DNA from: Chrysomallon squamiferum
Taxonomy: Eukaryota > Animalia > Mollusca
NCBI GenBank assembly: GCA_012295275.1
Contig: CM022676.1
Location: forward strand, 16,182,001 to 16,246,000
DNA length: 64,000 bases
Direction: 5' to 3'
A model generated the notes under the pieces. The model worked only from the letters and a program-made list of their open reading frames with translations, had not been told where the DNA came from and ran no database searches. Each line of letters opens with the position of its first letter. Within the stretch, counting starts at the first letter, position 1. This document shows positions 30,849-46,989 of this stretch, piece by piece. Made by a program: the position numbers and the translations under genes.

Positions 30849-31024
30849 TGACGGAGCAAAGGACGTTTCAGGTGGTCCACCATACTTTGGAAAAGGCACA
30901 GGCCAAATATGGTTAGATACACTTGAGTGTGAAGGAAAAGAAACATCTGTTGAACAGTGTAGTTTTGCTGCTTGGAGAAACAATCACTGTCTTCACTATC
31001 ACGATGTTGGGATTCGTTGTCAAG
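30849..31024 (+). CDS. SRCR domain 4, exon B: DGAKDVSGGPPYFGKGTGQIWLDTLECEGKETSVEQCSFAAWRNNHCLHYHDVGIRCQ
   Basis: SRCR C-terminal half; TTTCAG acceptor, GTTCGT donor, 176 nt. Confidence 0.93.
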
Positions 31025-31555
31025 GTTCGTTACAGAGAAATGTAATATGTGCTGTATTTGTGTTGCTTTGCGTCAATATTTAGAATTTGAATGAGACGAT
31101 TCATTATCAAAACATATCAGAAATGTATCAACTACATAATGACAAGAATTATAAACAAACTATACAGCCGATTTTGTGATGAATGATTTTCACCCTACAC
31201 TACCGTTGACTTTGGAAAGATAATAAATTACTGAGGAAATAATTTTCATACAAATTTGTATTGACTCTGGTTTAGTGCTTAATTTCGATAATTAATTTAA
31301 TGTTAAACTACCGAAATCTGTGAAGCAGAAAAATCAACAATATTGTTTTTTTACTCGGTTATCATGGTTCTCTATTAGAGAGTCTTATCAGTTAACGTTT
31401 TCCTAAAAAAAATATTTCCTATTTTGTTGTTGCTGATTCTGAGGTTCTAGTTCGTATTAGTTTTATTACTGTAATAATAAAACATAATTATAACAACAAA
31501 AACAGCAACAACATCAACAACAACATCAACAACAATAATAATAACAATAATAAAC

Positions 31556-31604
<49 letters not shown>

Positions 31605-31816
31605 TCGTAACAAATTATGAGAAAATAAAGAAAAACGTGAAATAAGCAAAAAGAAAAAAGAACGGCAGAACGACGCGTACATTTTTTATTTACTTGTTTC
31701 ATTCTCACTTTCATTGTTAAAGGAATAATGTGTCGGTAAAATAACAAACGAAAAACAGTTGTCTGTGTAAGCAACGTTTGGGAACCCTAAAATGAAAGGT
31801 GTTACCCTTTTTTCAG

Positions 31817-31961
31817 TGTCTATCAGACTAGTCAATGGTGGAGATATTTCAACACAGGGTCGAGTTGAGATCAAACTTAACGATACATGGGGAACTGTCT
31901 GTGGTGACAAATTTGACGACAAAGACGCAAGCTTTATCTGTACACTTTTAGGATTCAGTCA
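31817..31961 (+). CDS. SRCR domain 5, exon A (type II): SIRLVNGGDISTQGRVEIKLNDTWGTVCGDKFDDKDASFICTLLGFS
   Basis: SRCR signature; TTTCAG acceptor, GTAAGA donor, 145 nt. Confidence 0.94.
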
Positions 31962-32136
31962 GTAAGAATGGTTTGGTTTCAGTTAAACTGAATACTTTAT
32001 CAGCAATAATAAAATCTGAGATCGTTTATATTTGTGTTACCGCAGTTAAAGTAAAATCTGAATAACCCCCCACAGCTTCATCAATATTTATACTAACCAA
32101 GATCACACAATTCAGTTTGTATTTTCTAAATCCTAG

Positions 32137-32313
32137 ATTCAACGCAAAGACGTATAAGAATGCTCACTTTGGAGAAGGAACAGGACCAGTGGTGGGTTGA
32201 TGATGTTAACTGTGTTAAAGATGAAAATGGAGTGAATCACTGTTCTTTCTATGACTGGGGTACAAAAAACTGTAGTCATAAACAGGATTTGGGAATAAGC
32301 TGCTTACCTCAGG
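32137..32313 (+). pseudogene. SRCR domain 5, exon B with a +1 frameshift
   Basis: 177 nt versus 176 in paralogue 16625-16800. CCAGTGGTGGG versus CCAGTGTGGG (extra G at about 32191) brings TGA 32198-32200 into frame. Splice sites intact; could be a sequencing indel. Confidence 0.8.
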
Positions 32314-32460
32314 GTATGTTCATTATTTTGTTATTGTTTTTTGTTGCTTTTTGTGCTATTTAAAGAACAAAATATTTAGCATTAAACGTGAAATGCAAGA
32401 ACCACTTAGTGTGAAAAGTATCGGCTGTAGCTTTAACATTCTTCGATTTATGAAATAGCG

Positions 32461-32561
<101 letters not shown>

Positions 32562-32596
32562 AGTGGTAGAAGTAGTATTTATTTACTTCTCTATTT

Positions 32597-32648
<52 letters not shown>

Positions 32649-32891
32649 TTATTTTTCTTTATTTTTATTTTCTTTTAACATATTTACCAGATAAAATATT
32701 TGGCTTCTATATATTACAAGTAAAAGTTGACTTTATAGAAAGGTATTGCTAATTATATAGCTCGATGTTGAAGTCATATCGCTTGCTAATATTATTTATA
32801 AAGCGAAAATTAATTTGGAACCGGACCTTTAAACAAAACAAATGAAATTTTGAAAATAATTTGTGTTGTGCGTTACTTCAACTGACTTCAG

Positions 32892-33036
32892 TTTCTGTTC
32901 GATTGGCCGATGGAGGAGGAATTGCAACACAAGGCAGACTTGAAATAGAAAACAACGGGACATGGGGAACTGTCTGTGATAATGAATTTGACGACAGAGA
33001 TGCTGGTGTCATCTGTTACATGCTGGGTTTTAGTCG
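32892..33036 (+). CDS. SRCR domain 6, exon A (type III): SVRLADGGGIATQGRLEIENNGTWGTVCDNEFDDRDAGVICYMLGFS
   Basis: SRCR signature; TTCAG acceptor, GTAAAT donor, 145 nt. Confidence 0.94.
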
Positions 33037-33684
33037 GTAAATAGATATTTTCTTTAAAACTATTTATTGATATCTAGCAACGTTATATCTTCAAAATATA
33101 TTTTATGTTGTTACAGCTTTCGATGCAGCGACATGTACAGAGTTATATAAAATTCTGAGTTCTTAATTCAATGTATTGTCTATTCTGATTTTGTAACTTA
33201 TAAGTATATATATAATATATAGGTACGAAAATATTTAACAGCAATATTTCAGAATATTAAATATCTAGTAATTTAAATTAACTTTTCTTTTTTGACCATT
33301 TTCCTTACTTAAATGCTTATACTGTCAAGTAAAATACCAATTATATGAGATAACATTTTTTTTCTTTGTTGTTTTTTCACTGTTTTGACAACATTAAATT
33401 ATTATTGATTATTGTACAATAATACAAATAATAATTTAGGACAATGTTTAAACACCAAAATTAGTGTACGCTGTATTAATAAACTAGTGATGAAAAAATA
33501 CAGATTCAAGAAGAATTGAATTGTGAAATATAAGCATTAATAAATTATTTGTAAAACGTATAATCTAAAATTTAAAGAAAATGATTTGATTATAAATTAT
33601 TGCTTTCGATTCTTCATCACATTCTTTTTTTTTTTTTTTTTTTTACAGAAACCTGTTGAATAAGTCTTATTATTCTGTATTGTA

Positions 33685-33755
<71 letters not shown>

Positions 33756-33778
33756 CTTATTATTAAAATTGTTTTTAG

Positions 33779-33954
33779 TTTGGAAGCAAAATCCTATAGA
33801 TCATCTCAGTTTGGACAAGGCAGTGGACCTATTTGGCTTGATGGACTCGACTGTAAGGGAGATGAAGAACGTGTAGACTATTGTTCATTTTCTACTTGGG
33901 ATGAAAACAACTGTAGTCATAATCAAGACATGGGAATCAGTTGTTTAAATCGCC
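33779..33954 (+). CDS. SRCR domain 6, exon B: LEAKSYRSSQFGQGSGPIWLDGLDCKGDEERVDYCSFSTWDENNCSHNQDMGISCLNR
   Basis: SRCR C-terminal half; TTTTAG acceptor, GTAAGT donor, 176 nt. Confidence 0.94.
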
Positions 33955-35186
33955 GTAAGTAGAGACATAAAAATTAGTAAAATTAATAATAACAAGACAT
34001 TTAGTGAACAGTCTAAGAGTGACCAATCTAGGAGATGTAAGAACAAAAAAAAAAAAAAAAAAATGAAAATGTGAATGTTTATGTTAATCAGACTGTTGTG
34101 TCTGTTATTTTAATTGATGTGTTATCCATGTGTGATGAGTTTATCTTTGATCTCAGAATAAGACAATATGAAGGGTTTGATTGTTGTGTAAGTTTTGTTT
34201 TACTAATGTATTTGCATGCAAATGGTAATAGTGAGGTCCGATTTGAAAGCGCTCCTTAGCCATTCTTAAAACAGTGATAAACCATTTTTAATATTTTTTA
34301 TTTATTTTTTTTTCTTCCCATATAACAGGGTTCTTTATTTAATATAATATTTGCTACCAAAAGCTGTCTGTTTACTATTTTTACGTGTCGATAATATTTA
34401 CTAAAGGATCAGTGTGTACTAGACAAAGTAGCCTGCTAAAAGTCGAATGCCACCTACTTCATGATCTGGTAACAAGCGTAAGTAACACCTGGGTATACTT
34501 CACTGTATTTTATTTAACAGTGACATACTAATTACATCCGATCTACACAAAAAACACACATTCACTTCCAATACAGGTTACGCCAGTATCGTTTGAGTAC
34601 CATTACACGCACATTGATATAGATAGAAAACGAAAAGAGCTTTATAAAATTACAACATAAAGTAAGAAAACAAAGCTACAACATAATTCACATTAATGTA
34701 CAGTGGTTTTATATATAGAATCATTCGGAACCGCAAAGTACGAAACACACTATTTTCCCGTTGAAATATGAAAAAATATTTAAGGTTTGCCCCAGTCCGT
34801 GTTTCTCTAATATATGCCATTATTATTCGTTTAGCATGGACGAATAGAACATACATCTTAACATATTTAATATATGTCTGTCTTTACTTTTGTTAACTAT
34901 TTTGCCCCGATATATAATAAAAGATTTTTTATTGATTTTGGGTCCGCGTTTAGCATTGTGGAACAGTCGTTATATTTTAACAACTTCAGTGTCTGAGTGT
35001 CCACCCTCTTAAGTGTGAAATATATCTGAAAATTATTAGACACTGTGCACACTTGGATTTAGTTAGCTTTTAGTATCTTTATAGGCTGCGATAAACAACG
35101 GATATAGCTAATATTTTAATTTCTTATTATTTTGTGTTTGTGTTTGTCTGTTGATATGTCTCTGTTTGAAGGTTTATAAATTGGCA

Positions 35187-35386
35187 AACAGTTTTATCCA
35201 GAAATATCCTACACTGTGTACAGCTGTATTCAGTTAGCATTCGTGTTACAAAATTAAAGAGTGACAGGCGACCTATTATATATATATATATATATATATA
35301 ACAGTTTTATCCAGAAATATCCTACACTGTGTACAGCTGTATTCAGTTAGCATTCGTGTTACAAAATTAAAGAGTGACAGGCGACC

Positions 35387-35460
<74 letters not shown>
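35187..35460. repeat. Exact tandem duplication of a ~90-bp unit, each copy ending in (TA)n
   Basis: 'aacagttttatccagaaatatcc...gacaggcgacctattatata' occurs at 35187 and 35300. Confidence 0.95.
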
Positions 35461-35462
<2 letters not shown>

Positions 35463-35646
35463 TAACTTTTATGTTTTGGGGATATTAAATCTGTTTTCTG
35501 ATTATATAAAATTCAATATACTGCCGACGCCAGTATGAGCTTTTCCGCAGTTTATAGAATTATATTTGAATTTTTGTACACATTTCTGCGGATTTTAATT
35601 TATTTTGATAGTTCTTGATCAAGTTATTGAAGAAGGCTAGCTTTAT

Positions 35647-35647
<1 letters not shown>

Positions 35648-35701
<54 letters not shown>
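35648..35701. repeat. Poly(A) run of about 54 nt
   Basis: Directly visible. Confidence 0.97.
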
Positions 35702-35705
<4 letters not shown>

Positions 35706-37261
35706 GAAATTAGTGTTATCAAGAATATCTAAAATTAAATGTTGACTGAATGTTGTCTGCCGTCTTACTTCAGTCAGAACATGTTACTGGACTTAGAGAC
35801 TGAACGTGAAGAGTCGCTCGCCTAACTTACTTCTATGTACACTGGTCTGTATTAGAACTGACACTGTATTTTTCCACTTTGTCACTGGATATTTCCATTT
35901 TGTGACTCAATCCTTCAAATAACCTTCCCAAGCATCGTGGAAAGACCCACAGCTGTTATCCATTTGTGTTCTTGATGGCCTAGCAGATAATATGAGACCT
36001 GATTTTTTTTGACACGGATTCAGAGGACAACATATTAATATGCTTTAGCATCTATGGTCAGTTTCGATAAATGATTTCACAGATACATTATCGTATCTAG
36101 TTTATTGAAACGTTTATAGTGATATGAATTTAAACAAGAGCTTATGAACATCCACTGGCTTCTTTCTTGGCTCAGTTTGTATGTACTCTGATAGTTCTCG
36201 AAATTGGATCAGTTGCATACAATACTAAGCTAAACGAAGGTTAGTAACTATCTTGTAACCTTATGAAATCAGGATAGGGACTACTTCACATAACGCAGAT
36301 TAACTGTTTAGTGTCATGTTCGAATGTTTGTATAAATCAGGAAACAAAATGAAGATGATACAGAACAGTGAGTCATGTCAGTGTCACTCGATTGGATTGT
36401 TCATCATTTAAACTAACAGATTTAGTATATTCAGTAGAAACGTAACCATCAGTTTCGAATGACTTATTCCAGTCTTTATGTGTCAGAATTTTGATTTATC
36501 GGCTTGATGATGCTGTAAATACCTCGTTTTCTTAAGTTTGATGTTACTGATACATTTTTGTGTGACATGTAGCATTCTGATATTCAGACCATTGTCTAGT
36601 GGAACTCTGTTAAGCAGAAATGACACATTACAGAACAAAGTTAAGATGAATGACCAGAGTTCTTTTTCTTATCCACAGTATCGTTGACACCAGCATTACG
36701 TGGTGTTTGGTCTGTTATCACAAAATCAGTTTCTTCACATAAGATTTCGAATGGGATTGCATGGCAGCCTCTCACATTTATTAAATGTTCTGACTTTAAA
36801 TGTATTATTTTTATTTTCGATCACACCATTGTCACAAAACGCCTGTATATGAGAGCTTATTATTTATTTGACAATTTCATTTATTAATGTCAAAATAAAG
36901 TCGAATTATTTCATAGTATTGACCATAGCGATTGTAACACCAGGAGAGTACAATTTAACAGTTAAAAAGTCATATGTCTGTGGACGGGTGTGTCTGTATA
37001 TACTTCAACCGTTTAGTACATTACTATTATAAACATTGGTTGCCGATATTTATAGCAATACTAGAGATATAGCGACATCTTTATCTTACTCAACTGTACT
37101 TTAATTACCGAATATCTGTTACGTGTTTTTCTTTACAGGGGAAAAGTCATATGTGAGTATGTACATGTTTCTTTGTTGTTTTGTTTTATTTTTTATTTTT
37201 ATTTTTAAAGAAACCATACTATTCTTACTCACAGATCACATATAGCCTGTTATTATTTCAG

Positions 37262-37406
37262 TACCAGTACGGTTAGTGAATGGAAGAGGAAAACCAACAC
37301 AAGGTCGATTTGAGATTCAAGTAAACGGGACATGGGGAACAATTTGTAGTTATGGTTTTGACACAAAAGATGCTGGAGTTCTCTGTTCAATGCTGGGATT
37401 TAGTCG
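37262..37406 (+). CDS. SRCR domain 7, exon A (type I variant): [47 protein letters not shown]
   Basis: SRCR signature; TTTCAG acceptor, GTAAAA donor, 145 nt. Confidence 0.94.
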
Positions 37407-37471
37407 GTAAAAAAAATATATCTTGTGTGCAATATACCGTTTTACGAACGTATTATTAGATTATACTGTTG

Positions 37472-37507
<36 letters not shown>

Positions 37508-38269
37508 TTATATTAATCAACAATTTGATCTGTGTTGGAGTTGTGTATTACTATATAACTTTTGATATTTTGATAATCTGTTATGAACGTCTTTCAAGAG
37601 ATGCTGCTTTCACTGTTCAGTGATGACATTTTGTGTCCGAAGTCGATGCTACTGTATAACTGTTAACATTTCTCTATCAACTAACCGGATGGTTTAAGAT
37701 AATGACGAGTTTTTAATGTAAATTTTCCTTTTTCAAAAATACAGTCATCACCATATCATTGTGTTTGATATATCCAGATATTAAAGTAATCAAAACTAGC
37801 TTATTCTGTATTACATTTTTATTTTGTATCTCTGATTCTGATGTAAACGATTCTCGAAAACACATTTTTTATTAAGAAACAAAATGATTAGTAGACAGGT
37901 TTCGTGTTACATAAAATGTTAGCTTTAAAACCTTTGGGTTTTTTTATGATTATAAAAGAGGGAAAAGTTTCCGTTATTCTCGCTATCGCTTCAGATGATA
38001 TCAAACTGAAAAAAAAAAACTATATTTAGCGAAGTTCTTACAGACAAGAATACTTATTTCTTTTCACATTATTTTGCCTTAAACAAATACCAGTCCAAAA
38101 AAAAAAAAAACTGAATAGGATAGATTCAGCCATTCTTCATTCTCTAACAAATTATCGTTTTATTATAGCCTGATTCTAAAATAAAAACTATGGGATTTTA
38201 ATTTTGTTAAAAAGCTTACTTTACTAGATGATCATCTATTTATAACGAATTATCTGATATATATTTCAG

Positions 38270-38445
38270 TGACGGAGCAAAGACCTTTACAAATTATCGA
38301 CCATATTTTGGAGAAGGTAGAGGCCAAGTGTGGTTAAATAGACTTGAGTGTGAAGGAAAAGAAACATCTGTTGAACAGTGTAGTATTCCTGGTTGGAGAA
38401 ACAATGATTGTGGTCACAGTTCCGATGTTGGGATACGCTGTAAAG
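38270..38445 (+). CDS. SRCR domain 7, exon B: DGAKTFTNYRPYFGEGRGQVWLNRLECEGKETSVEQCSIPGWRNNDCGHSSDVGIRCK
   Basis: SRCR C-terminal half; TTTCAG acceptor, GTTCGT donor, 176 nt. Confidence 0.93.
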
Positions 38446-38994
38446 GTTCGTTACATAGAAATGCAATATTTGCTGTATTTGTGTTGCTTTGCGTCAACAT
38501 TGAGAACTTGAATGAGGCGATACATTATCAAAAATATTAGAAATGTATCAAATATATAATAACAAAAACTAAAAGCAAATCATACAGCCTATTTTGTGAT
38601 GTATATTGTTCACTCAACATTATATTTTGTCTTTGAAGAGATAATAAATTACTGAGGAAATAAATTTCATTCAAATTTGTATTGACTCAGCTTCAGTGCT
38701 TAATTTCGCTAATTAATTTAATGTTAAATTACCGAAATCTCTGGAATAGAAAAATCAACAAAAATGGTTTTAACCGTTTTCCAGAGTAACCAAATCAAAC
38801 TAAAGAATGAAAAAATGAAAATACACAAACAGTAAAATAACGGCAGAACGACCCATACTTATATTTTCATTTTTGCTTGTATAGTTAAAGATATAATGAG
38901 TCGGGAAATAAGAAAAAAGTACACGGGTCTGTATAAGCAACGGTTTCTGTCAGTTTGGGAACCCCAAAATCAAACCTGTTATCATGTATTTTAG

Positions 38995-39139
38995 TATCTC
39001 TCAGACTAGTCAATGGTGGATACATTCAAACACAGGGGCGAGTTGAGATCAAACTTAACGATACATGGGGAACTGTCTGTGGTGACAAATTTGACGACAA
39101 AGAAGCAGGATTTATCTGCAGACTTTTAGGATTCAGTCC
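38995..39139 (+). CDS. SRCR domain 8, exon A (type II): SLRLVNGGYIQTQGRVEIKLNDTWGTVCGDKFDDKEAGFICRLLGFS
   Basis: SRCR signature; TTTAG acceptor, GTAAGG donor, 145 nt. Confidence 0.94.
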
Positions 39140-39327
39140 GTAAGGATGTTTTATCTTTAGTTAAACTGGTTAATTTATAAACAGTAATAACATATCAGCA
39201 CGTTTAAATTTCTGACATACAAAGTAAATTTTAATTGGAAATTACGACTTGCGTTTGAATTTACCACGTAAAGTTCGATCAATGTTTGTACTAACAGACA
39301 ACTCAGTTTGTGTTTATTAAATCCTAG

Positions 39328-39504
39328 TTTCAACGCAAAGACGTATAAGAATGCTCACTTTGGAGAAGGAACAGGACCAGTGTGGCTTGATGATGTTGAC
39401 TGTGTTAAAGATGAAAATGGAGTGAAACACTGTTCTTTCTATGACTGGGGTAAAAAAAAACTGTAGTCATAAACAGGATTTGGGAATAAGCTGCTTGCCT
39501 CAGA
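39328..39504 (+). pseudogene. SRCR domain 8, exon B with a +1 frameshift in an A-run
   Basis: 177 nt. A9 at 39452-39460 versus A8 in paralogue 16625-16800 gives ...GKKKL* (TAG). Splice sites intact; a homopolymer sequencing error is plausible. Confidence 0.65.
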
Positions 39505-40160
39505 GTATGTCGTTTCTGTTATCTTTATTCAGTTGTATTATCTTTCCTTGCATTATTTTAAGGTGTACTTAAATTAAAAGTGAAACATTCAGCATTATAC
39601 GTCAAATGCAAAATGCAAGAACCACTTGTGCGAGAAGTATGTGGTGTATTTTTAATATTCTTCGATTTATAAAACAACACCGCGTGGTATAGTTCATGCT
39701 CTCTCTGTCTGTTTGTTTGGCTTCTCGATATCAGAAATAAAATTTAACTGTATAAAAATGTGTTGCTGTTTATGTAGCTCTGAGTGGAAGGACTGAAGTT
39801 ATTAGTCTTTCCATGGTACTGATATCGCTTCATAATATTAATTATGTAGATGTACACAGACAAAATTAATTTCGAACCGGATCCTTAAACAATAGAAATG
39901 AAATTTTGAAAAGTGATCAAATTATAACCATCCCAATTCCGGTTGCCTTGTATAGGTATAAATGGATGGCTACATGTACACACCATACATACATGTAAAG
40001 ACACACATACACACACACACACACACATGCACACACAAACTTACATTCGTATGTATATATCAGGAAAAAATGTTCTTGTAAATGTCAATGGTGGATTTTT
40101 TATCAAGATATCTGTATTAAAAATAGTTTGTGTTTAGATCGTTTCTTGAATTGATTTCAG

Positions 40161-40305
40161 TTTCTGTTCGATTGGTCAATGGGGGAGGAATTGCAACACG
40201 AGGCAGACTTGAAATAGAAAACAACGGGACATGGGGAACTGTCTGTGATAATGAATTTGACGACAGAGACGCTTCTGTCATCTGTTACATGCTGGGTTTC
40301 AGTCG
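40161..40305 (+). CDS. SRCR domain 9, exon A (type III): SVRLVNGGGIATRGRLEIENNGTWGTVCDNEFDDRDASVICYMLGFS
   Basis: SRCR signature; TTTCAG acceptor, GTAAAT donor, 145 nt. Confidence 0.94.
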
Positions 40306-40345
40306 GTAAATAAATATTTTCCTAAGTCTTTATAATTACTACTAC

Positions 40346-40390
<45 letters not shown>

Positions 40391-41110
40391 CATCATTATT
40401 ATTATTATTAGTAGTAGTAGTAGTAGTATTATCTATATTTATGGTTAATGTTATATGGTTAATATATACTTTACTTTTAAACTTTTTTCATTACCTAAAT
40501 GATTATTATACGTTGACGTAAAATTGGAATTATACGAGATAATATTATTGTGGTTTTCTGTTTAAGTTTCATGTGATAATGGCCATTACATTGCTCCGCA
40601 TTACGTTGTTGTTGTATATACATCTCACACCATAAATTATTATTGATTGTTGTACAATAATACAAATTTTAACTTACGAAACTCTAACATTAGTGTACAG
40701 TCTATTAATAAATTTGCGATGGAGAAGTACAGCTTCGAAAAGAAGTGAATTATGAATTATTTTCAAATGTATCAACCAATATTTAGAGAAAATGATCTGC
40801 GTATAAATTGTTGTTTTCGGTTATTTCTCTTGTTCTTTTTTTTTTTTTTTTTGCTTGTTTCTTTTTCCGTGACTACTCGCTTTGTTAAAACTGCTCGCTT
40901 AATAACATCAGGAATAAGCCTTTTTGTTCTATTTTGTATTATTATTATTATTATTATCATTATTATTATTATTATTGTTGTTGTTGTTGTTATTATTATT
41001 ATTATATTTATTTATTTATTTGTTTTCTGATAGATTATAAGACCCTTAGTGACATCACGACTAAGCATTATTATTATATTCTGTAATCTAATTATTAGCA
41101 TTAATCTCAG

Positions 41111-41286
41111 TTTTGAAGCAAAATCCTACAGATCATCTCAGTTTGGACAAGGCAGTGGACCTATTTGGCTTGATGGACTTGACTGTAAGGGAGATGAAGA
41201 ACGTGTAGACTATTGTTCAATGTCTACTTGGGGTGACAACAACTGTAGTCATAATCAAGACGTGGGAATCAGCTGTTTGAGACACT
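41111..41286 (+). CDS. SRCR domain 9, exon B: FEAKSYRSSQFGQGSGPIWLDGLDCKGDEERVDYCSMSTWGDNNCSHNQDVGISCLRH
   Basis: SRCR C-terminal half; CTCAG acceptor, GTAAGT donor, 176 nt. Confidence 0.94.
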
Positions 41287-41503
41287 GTAAGTAGTGACAT
41301 GTAGAATTAGTGAAACTAATGACAACAAAATATTTAGTGGATAGATGAAATGTGGGCAATCTAGGAGATGTAACAAAACTAATCTGAAGACTTATGTTAA
41401 TCAGGTTCTAGTGTCTGTTCTTGTAATTGATGTTTTTTCCATGTGTGACGACATCGTGGTTCATATATAATAAAACAATATTAAGAAATGGTTAAAAATA
41501 TAT

Positions 41504-43780
<2,277 letters not shown>

Positions 43781-45413
43781 CAGTTAGTGTTGCCAACCAA
43801 GGCAGTCCACTGAAATAACTAAAAAAAAAAAAAAAAAAAAACATTGTAACGACACTCAAACAAATATTGAATCTCTGCTTGACAAAAAGCCAAAAAATGT
43901 GTCAGTTTAAAGCAGGGATAAGGTACTACTATACATTTCATTAAAAAGGGTTCTTTACAAAACAGGTAGTATGTTGTATTATTACCACGTCAACTGAATA
44001 TCATAATTAAATACTTAACGTGAACCTTAATTTGTGTTGAGTTTATTTTTCTAGTGGATAGATATACTTAGTGATTTATATAGATTGCTGTCAATTTAGC
44101 GTATATATTCCATGTTTGTTGATCAAGTGATGTATGGTGTATTAGATGTTTAGTTAACATACAGCTGTCAGAGAGTCCCCCAAAACAACACTTCACCATA
44201 GCTTATATAATTATTCAGAGCTAGATATTAAATATATTAAACAGGAGAGTTCTGGTTCCAACACATTTAGTTTATCTAATTCTTAAGGGTTAGATAATAA
44301 CCATACATGTACATATATATATATTAGTTACAACACAAGGCTGTCAAAGTTTCTGTACTATCTCTGAATTAACTTATTATTTGTAGTGGTAAAATGCCAT
44401 TCATTGTTTTTCACAATCATTTTAAATTATATTTTTAACGCAGGCTAGCTGTTTAGTGTCATGTTCGAATTTTTGTAGAAATGAGGAAATATAATCAAGA
44501 TGCTATAACACAGTGAGTCATGTCAGTGTAGGTCAGAAATGTTCATCGTTTTCAACTCACACATTTAGTATCTTTAGCAAAAATGTGTACATTATTTTGA
44601 TCTGACTTGTTCCAATCTATATGCGACAGAATCATGGTTTATCGGCTTGCTGACTCTGTGAACTGCTCGTTTTGTTACATTTGACTGCACTGTGACATGT
44701 AGCATTCTGATATTCAGCCTATTGTCTTCTGGGACTCTGTTTAACACGAATAACACATTATAGGAAAAATAAAACACAATAAAAAACAAAAACGAAGAAC
44801 CAAACTGTTAATGTGAATGACAGGAGTTCTGCTTTTCATCCACAGAATCTTTGAATTCAATACTATGTGTTGTTTTATCTGTTATCACAAAATCAGTTTC
44901 TTCAAATAAACTTTTGAAAGAAATACCAGTCCCAGGTTGTGACACTTATTAAATTTTCTGACTCTATATTTATTATTATTATTTTCGATCAGACAATTGT
45001 GATAAAACGCCTGTATATCAGAACTTATTATTTATTTGACAATTTCACTTATTACTGCCAAACTAAATTTGAATTATCTCATATTATTTACCACAGCGAT
45101 TGTAAAACAAGGAGAGTACTACTTAACAGTTAAAAAGTTATATGTCTGTGTACGGGTTTATCTGTATATATTTCAACCTTTGAGTACATTGATATTAGAA
45201 ACATTGGTTGCCGATATGTATAGCAATACTAAAGATAGAACGACATCTTTATCTTACTCAACTGTACTTTTATTATTGAATATCTGTTACATGTTTTTCT
45301 TTACAGGGGAAAAATCATATGTGAGTATATGCATGTTTGTTTGTTGTTGTTGTTTATTAAACAAATGATACGATTGTTAGTTACAGATCAGATATAAACT
45401 GCTATTTTTTCAG

Positions 45414-45558
45414 TACCAGTACGGTTAGTGAATGGAAGCGGAATACCAACACAAGGTCGAGTTGAGATTCAAGTAAACGGGACCTGGGGAACAATTTGTG
45501 ATGATGGTTTTCACTGGAACAGTGCTTCCGTTTTATGTCACATGTTAGGATTTAGTCG
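45414..45558 (+). CDS. SRCR domain 10, exon A (type I): [47 protein letters not shown]
   Basis: SRCR signature; TTTCAG acceptor, GTAATT donor, 145 nt. Confidence 0.95.
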
Positions 45559-45721
45559 GTAATTGCTTCATTTATTTACATATTTATTTACTTACTTTCT
45601 TACTTAGTTTGTGAATAAGAATATTTTATATAATTGTAATTTGTTTGATTTTACTGACAATGAAAGTTTGTGATGATGTCTACGTGAAATACTTTTCGAG
45701 AGGATTGTCAATAATAATTAC

Positions 45722-45758
<37 letters not shown>

Positions 45759-46100
45759 GTAATAATAATAATAATAATATCAGCAGAAGAAGGAAAAACG
45801 AAACAACAGCAAGTAGAACACAAATAGTAATTTCTAGCAATGTTGATCTTGAGCTTTATAGGAAATATAATCAAGTCATCTTCGAATAATCAAATTTGGC
45901 TGGCGATATTAACACTATCCTTTTGGTAGCAATACAAACATATTAAAGATAGTTGAAATCACTTATAACTTAACAAATGTCTTCTGAAAACGTTAGGACT
46001 TCGAGAAAATCTCTTGAAGGCGTTGTGTAAACCATATTGAATCGTATTAATTTTACTGTACATATTATTTATTTTACAATGAATATTAATTTTGTTTAAG

Positions 46101-46270
46101 TTTTAATGCAAAATCATACCATTTTGCTCACTTTGGAGAAGGAACTGGACAAATATGGCTTCATCAGGTGGTATGTGATGGAGATGAAGACAGTGTTGAA
46201 AAGTGTTCATTTCCTGGCTGGGGAAAACACGACTGTAATCACAGGGAGGATGCTGGTATCAGCTGTCAAT
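46101..46270 (+). CDS. SRCR domain 10, exon B: FNAKSYHFAHFGEGTGQIWLHQVVCDGDEDSVEKCSFPGWGKHDCNHREDAGISCQ
   Basis: SRCR C-terminal half; TTAAG acceptor, GTCAGT donor, 170 nt. Confidence 0.93.
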
Positions 46271-46989
46271 GTCAGTTTACATGTGACATTTTATTTTATT
46301 TTATTATATTTCATTTACCTGTTTATCAATTAAAAACGTGTTGCGTGTTGTCCAAAAGATTATATTTGTAATTTTAATTGTGTAATCATCTGCTTCTGAC
46401 AAAATTGTTTTACTTTGTTCATCCACATGTTTTATCTACATCTTACATTCTGTCTTTAACTTAGTTTTTGGATGGGGAATCCTTACACTCAAATGTCATT
46501 ATCCGTTAGATGTCTCTAGTAGCAACTGGATACATTACGTTATATGATTCAAGATTTTCTTTACTTATGAATATAATTAGTTTTTATTAATTAATTCATT
46601 TACTGTGATTCTATTTGTATTTCTTTGTTTATTTAAACTTCATGTTAAAGTTTGTGAATGTCACAACATTATAAAGTAATGAATACATGAATTGATTTTA
46701 TTTTGATTTTGCCTGATATATGACTTACATACTTTCTGCACTTTAAATGTCAATCTCGCTTAAAGAAATAATACTAATAACATTTGTATTTCCATTTATT
46801 CTTCTCGGCTGTATTTTATAACGGCTGGACATAGTGCAGAGCTTGTTTTGGGGGAGTTTTTTTTATAATTTTATTTTCCATCAGAATTATTATTTTATTC
46901 ACTTGTATTCTCTTTCTTCTAACTGTAATACTTTAATACCTGTCATTTACTGTTATAATAATAGTATTTATTTATTTATTTATTTGTAG

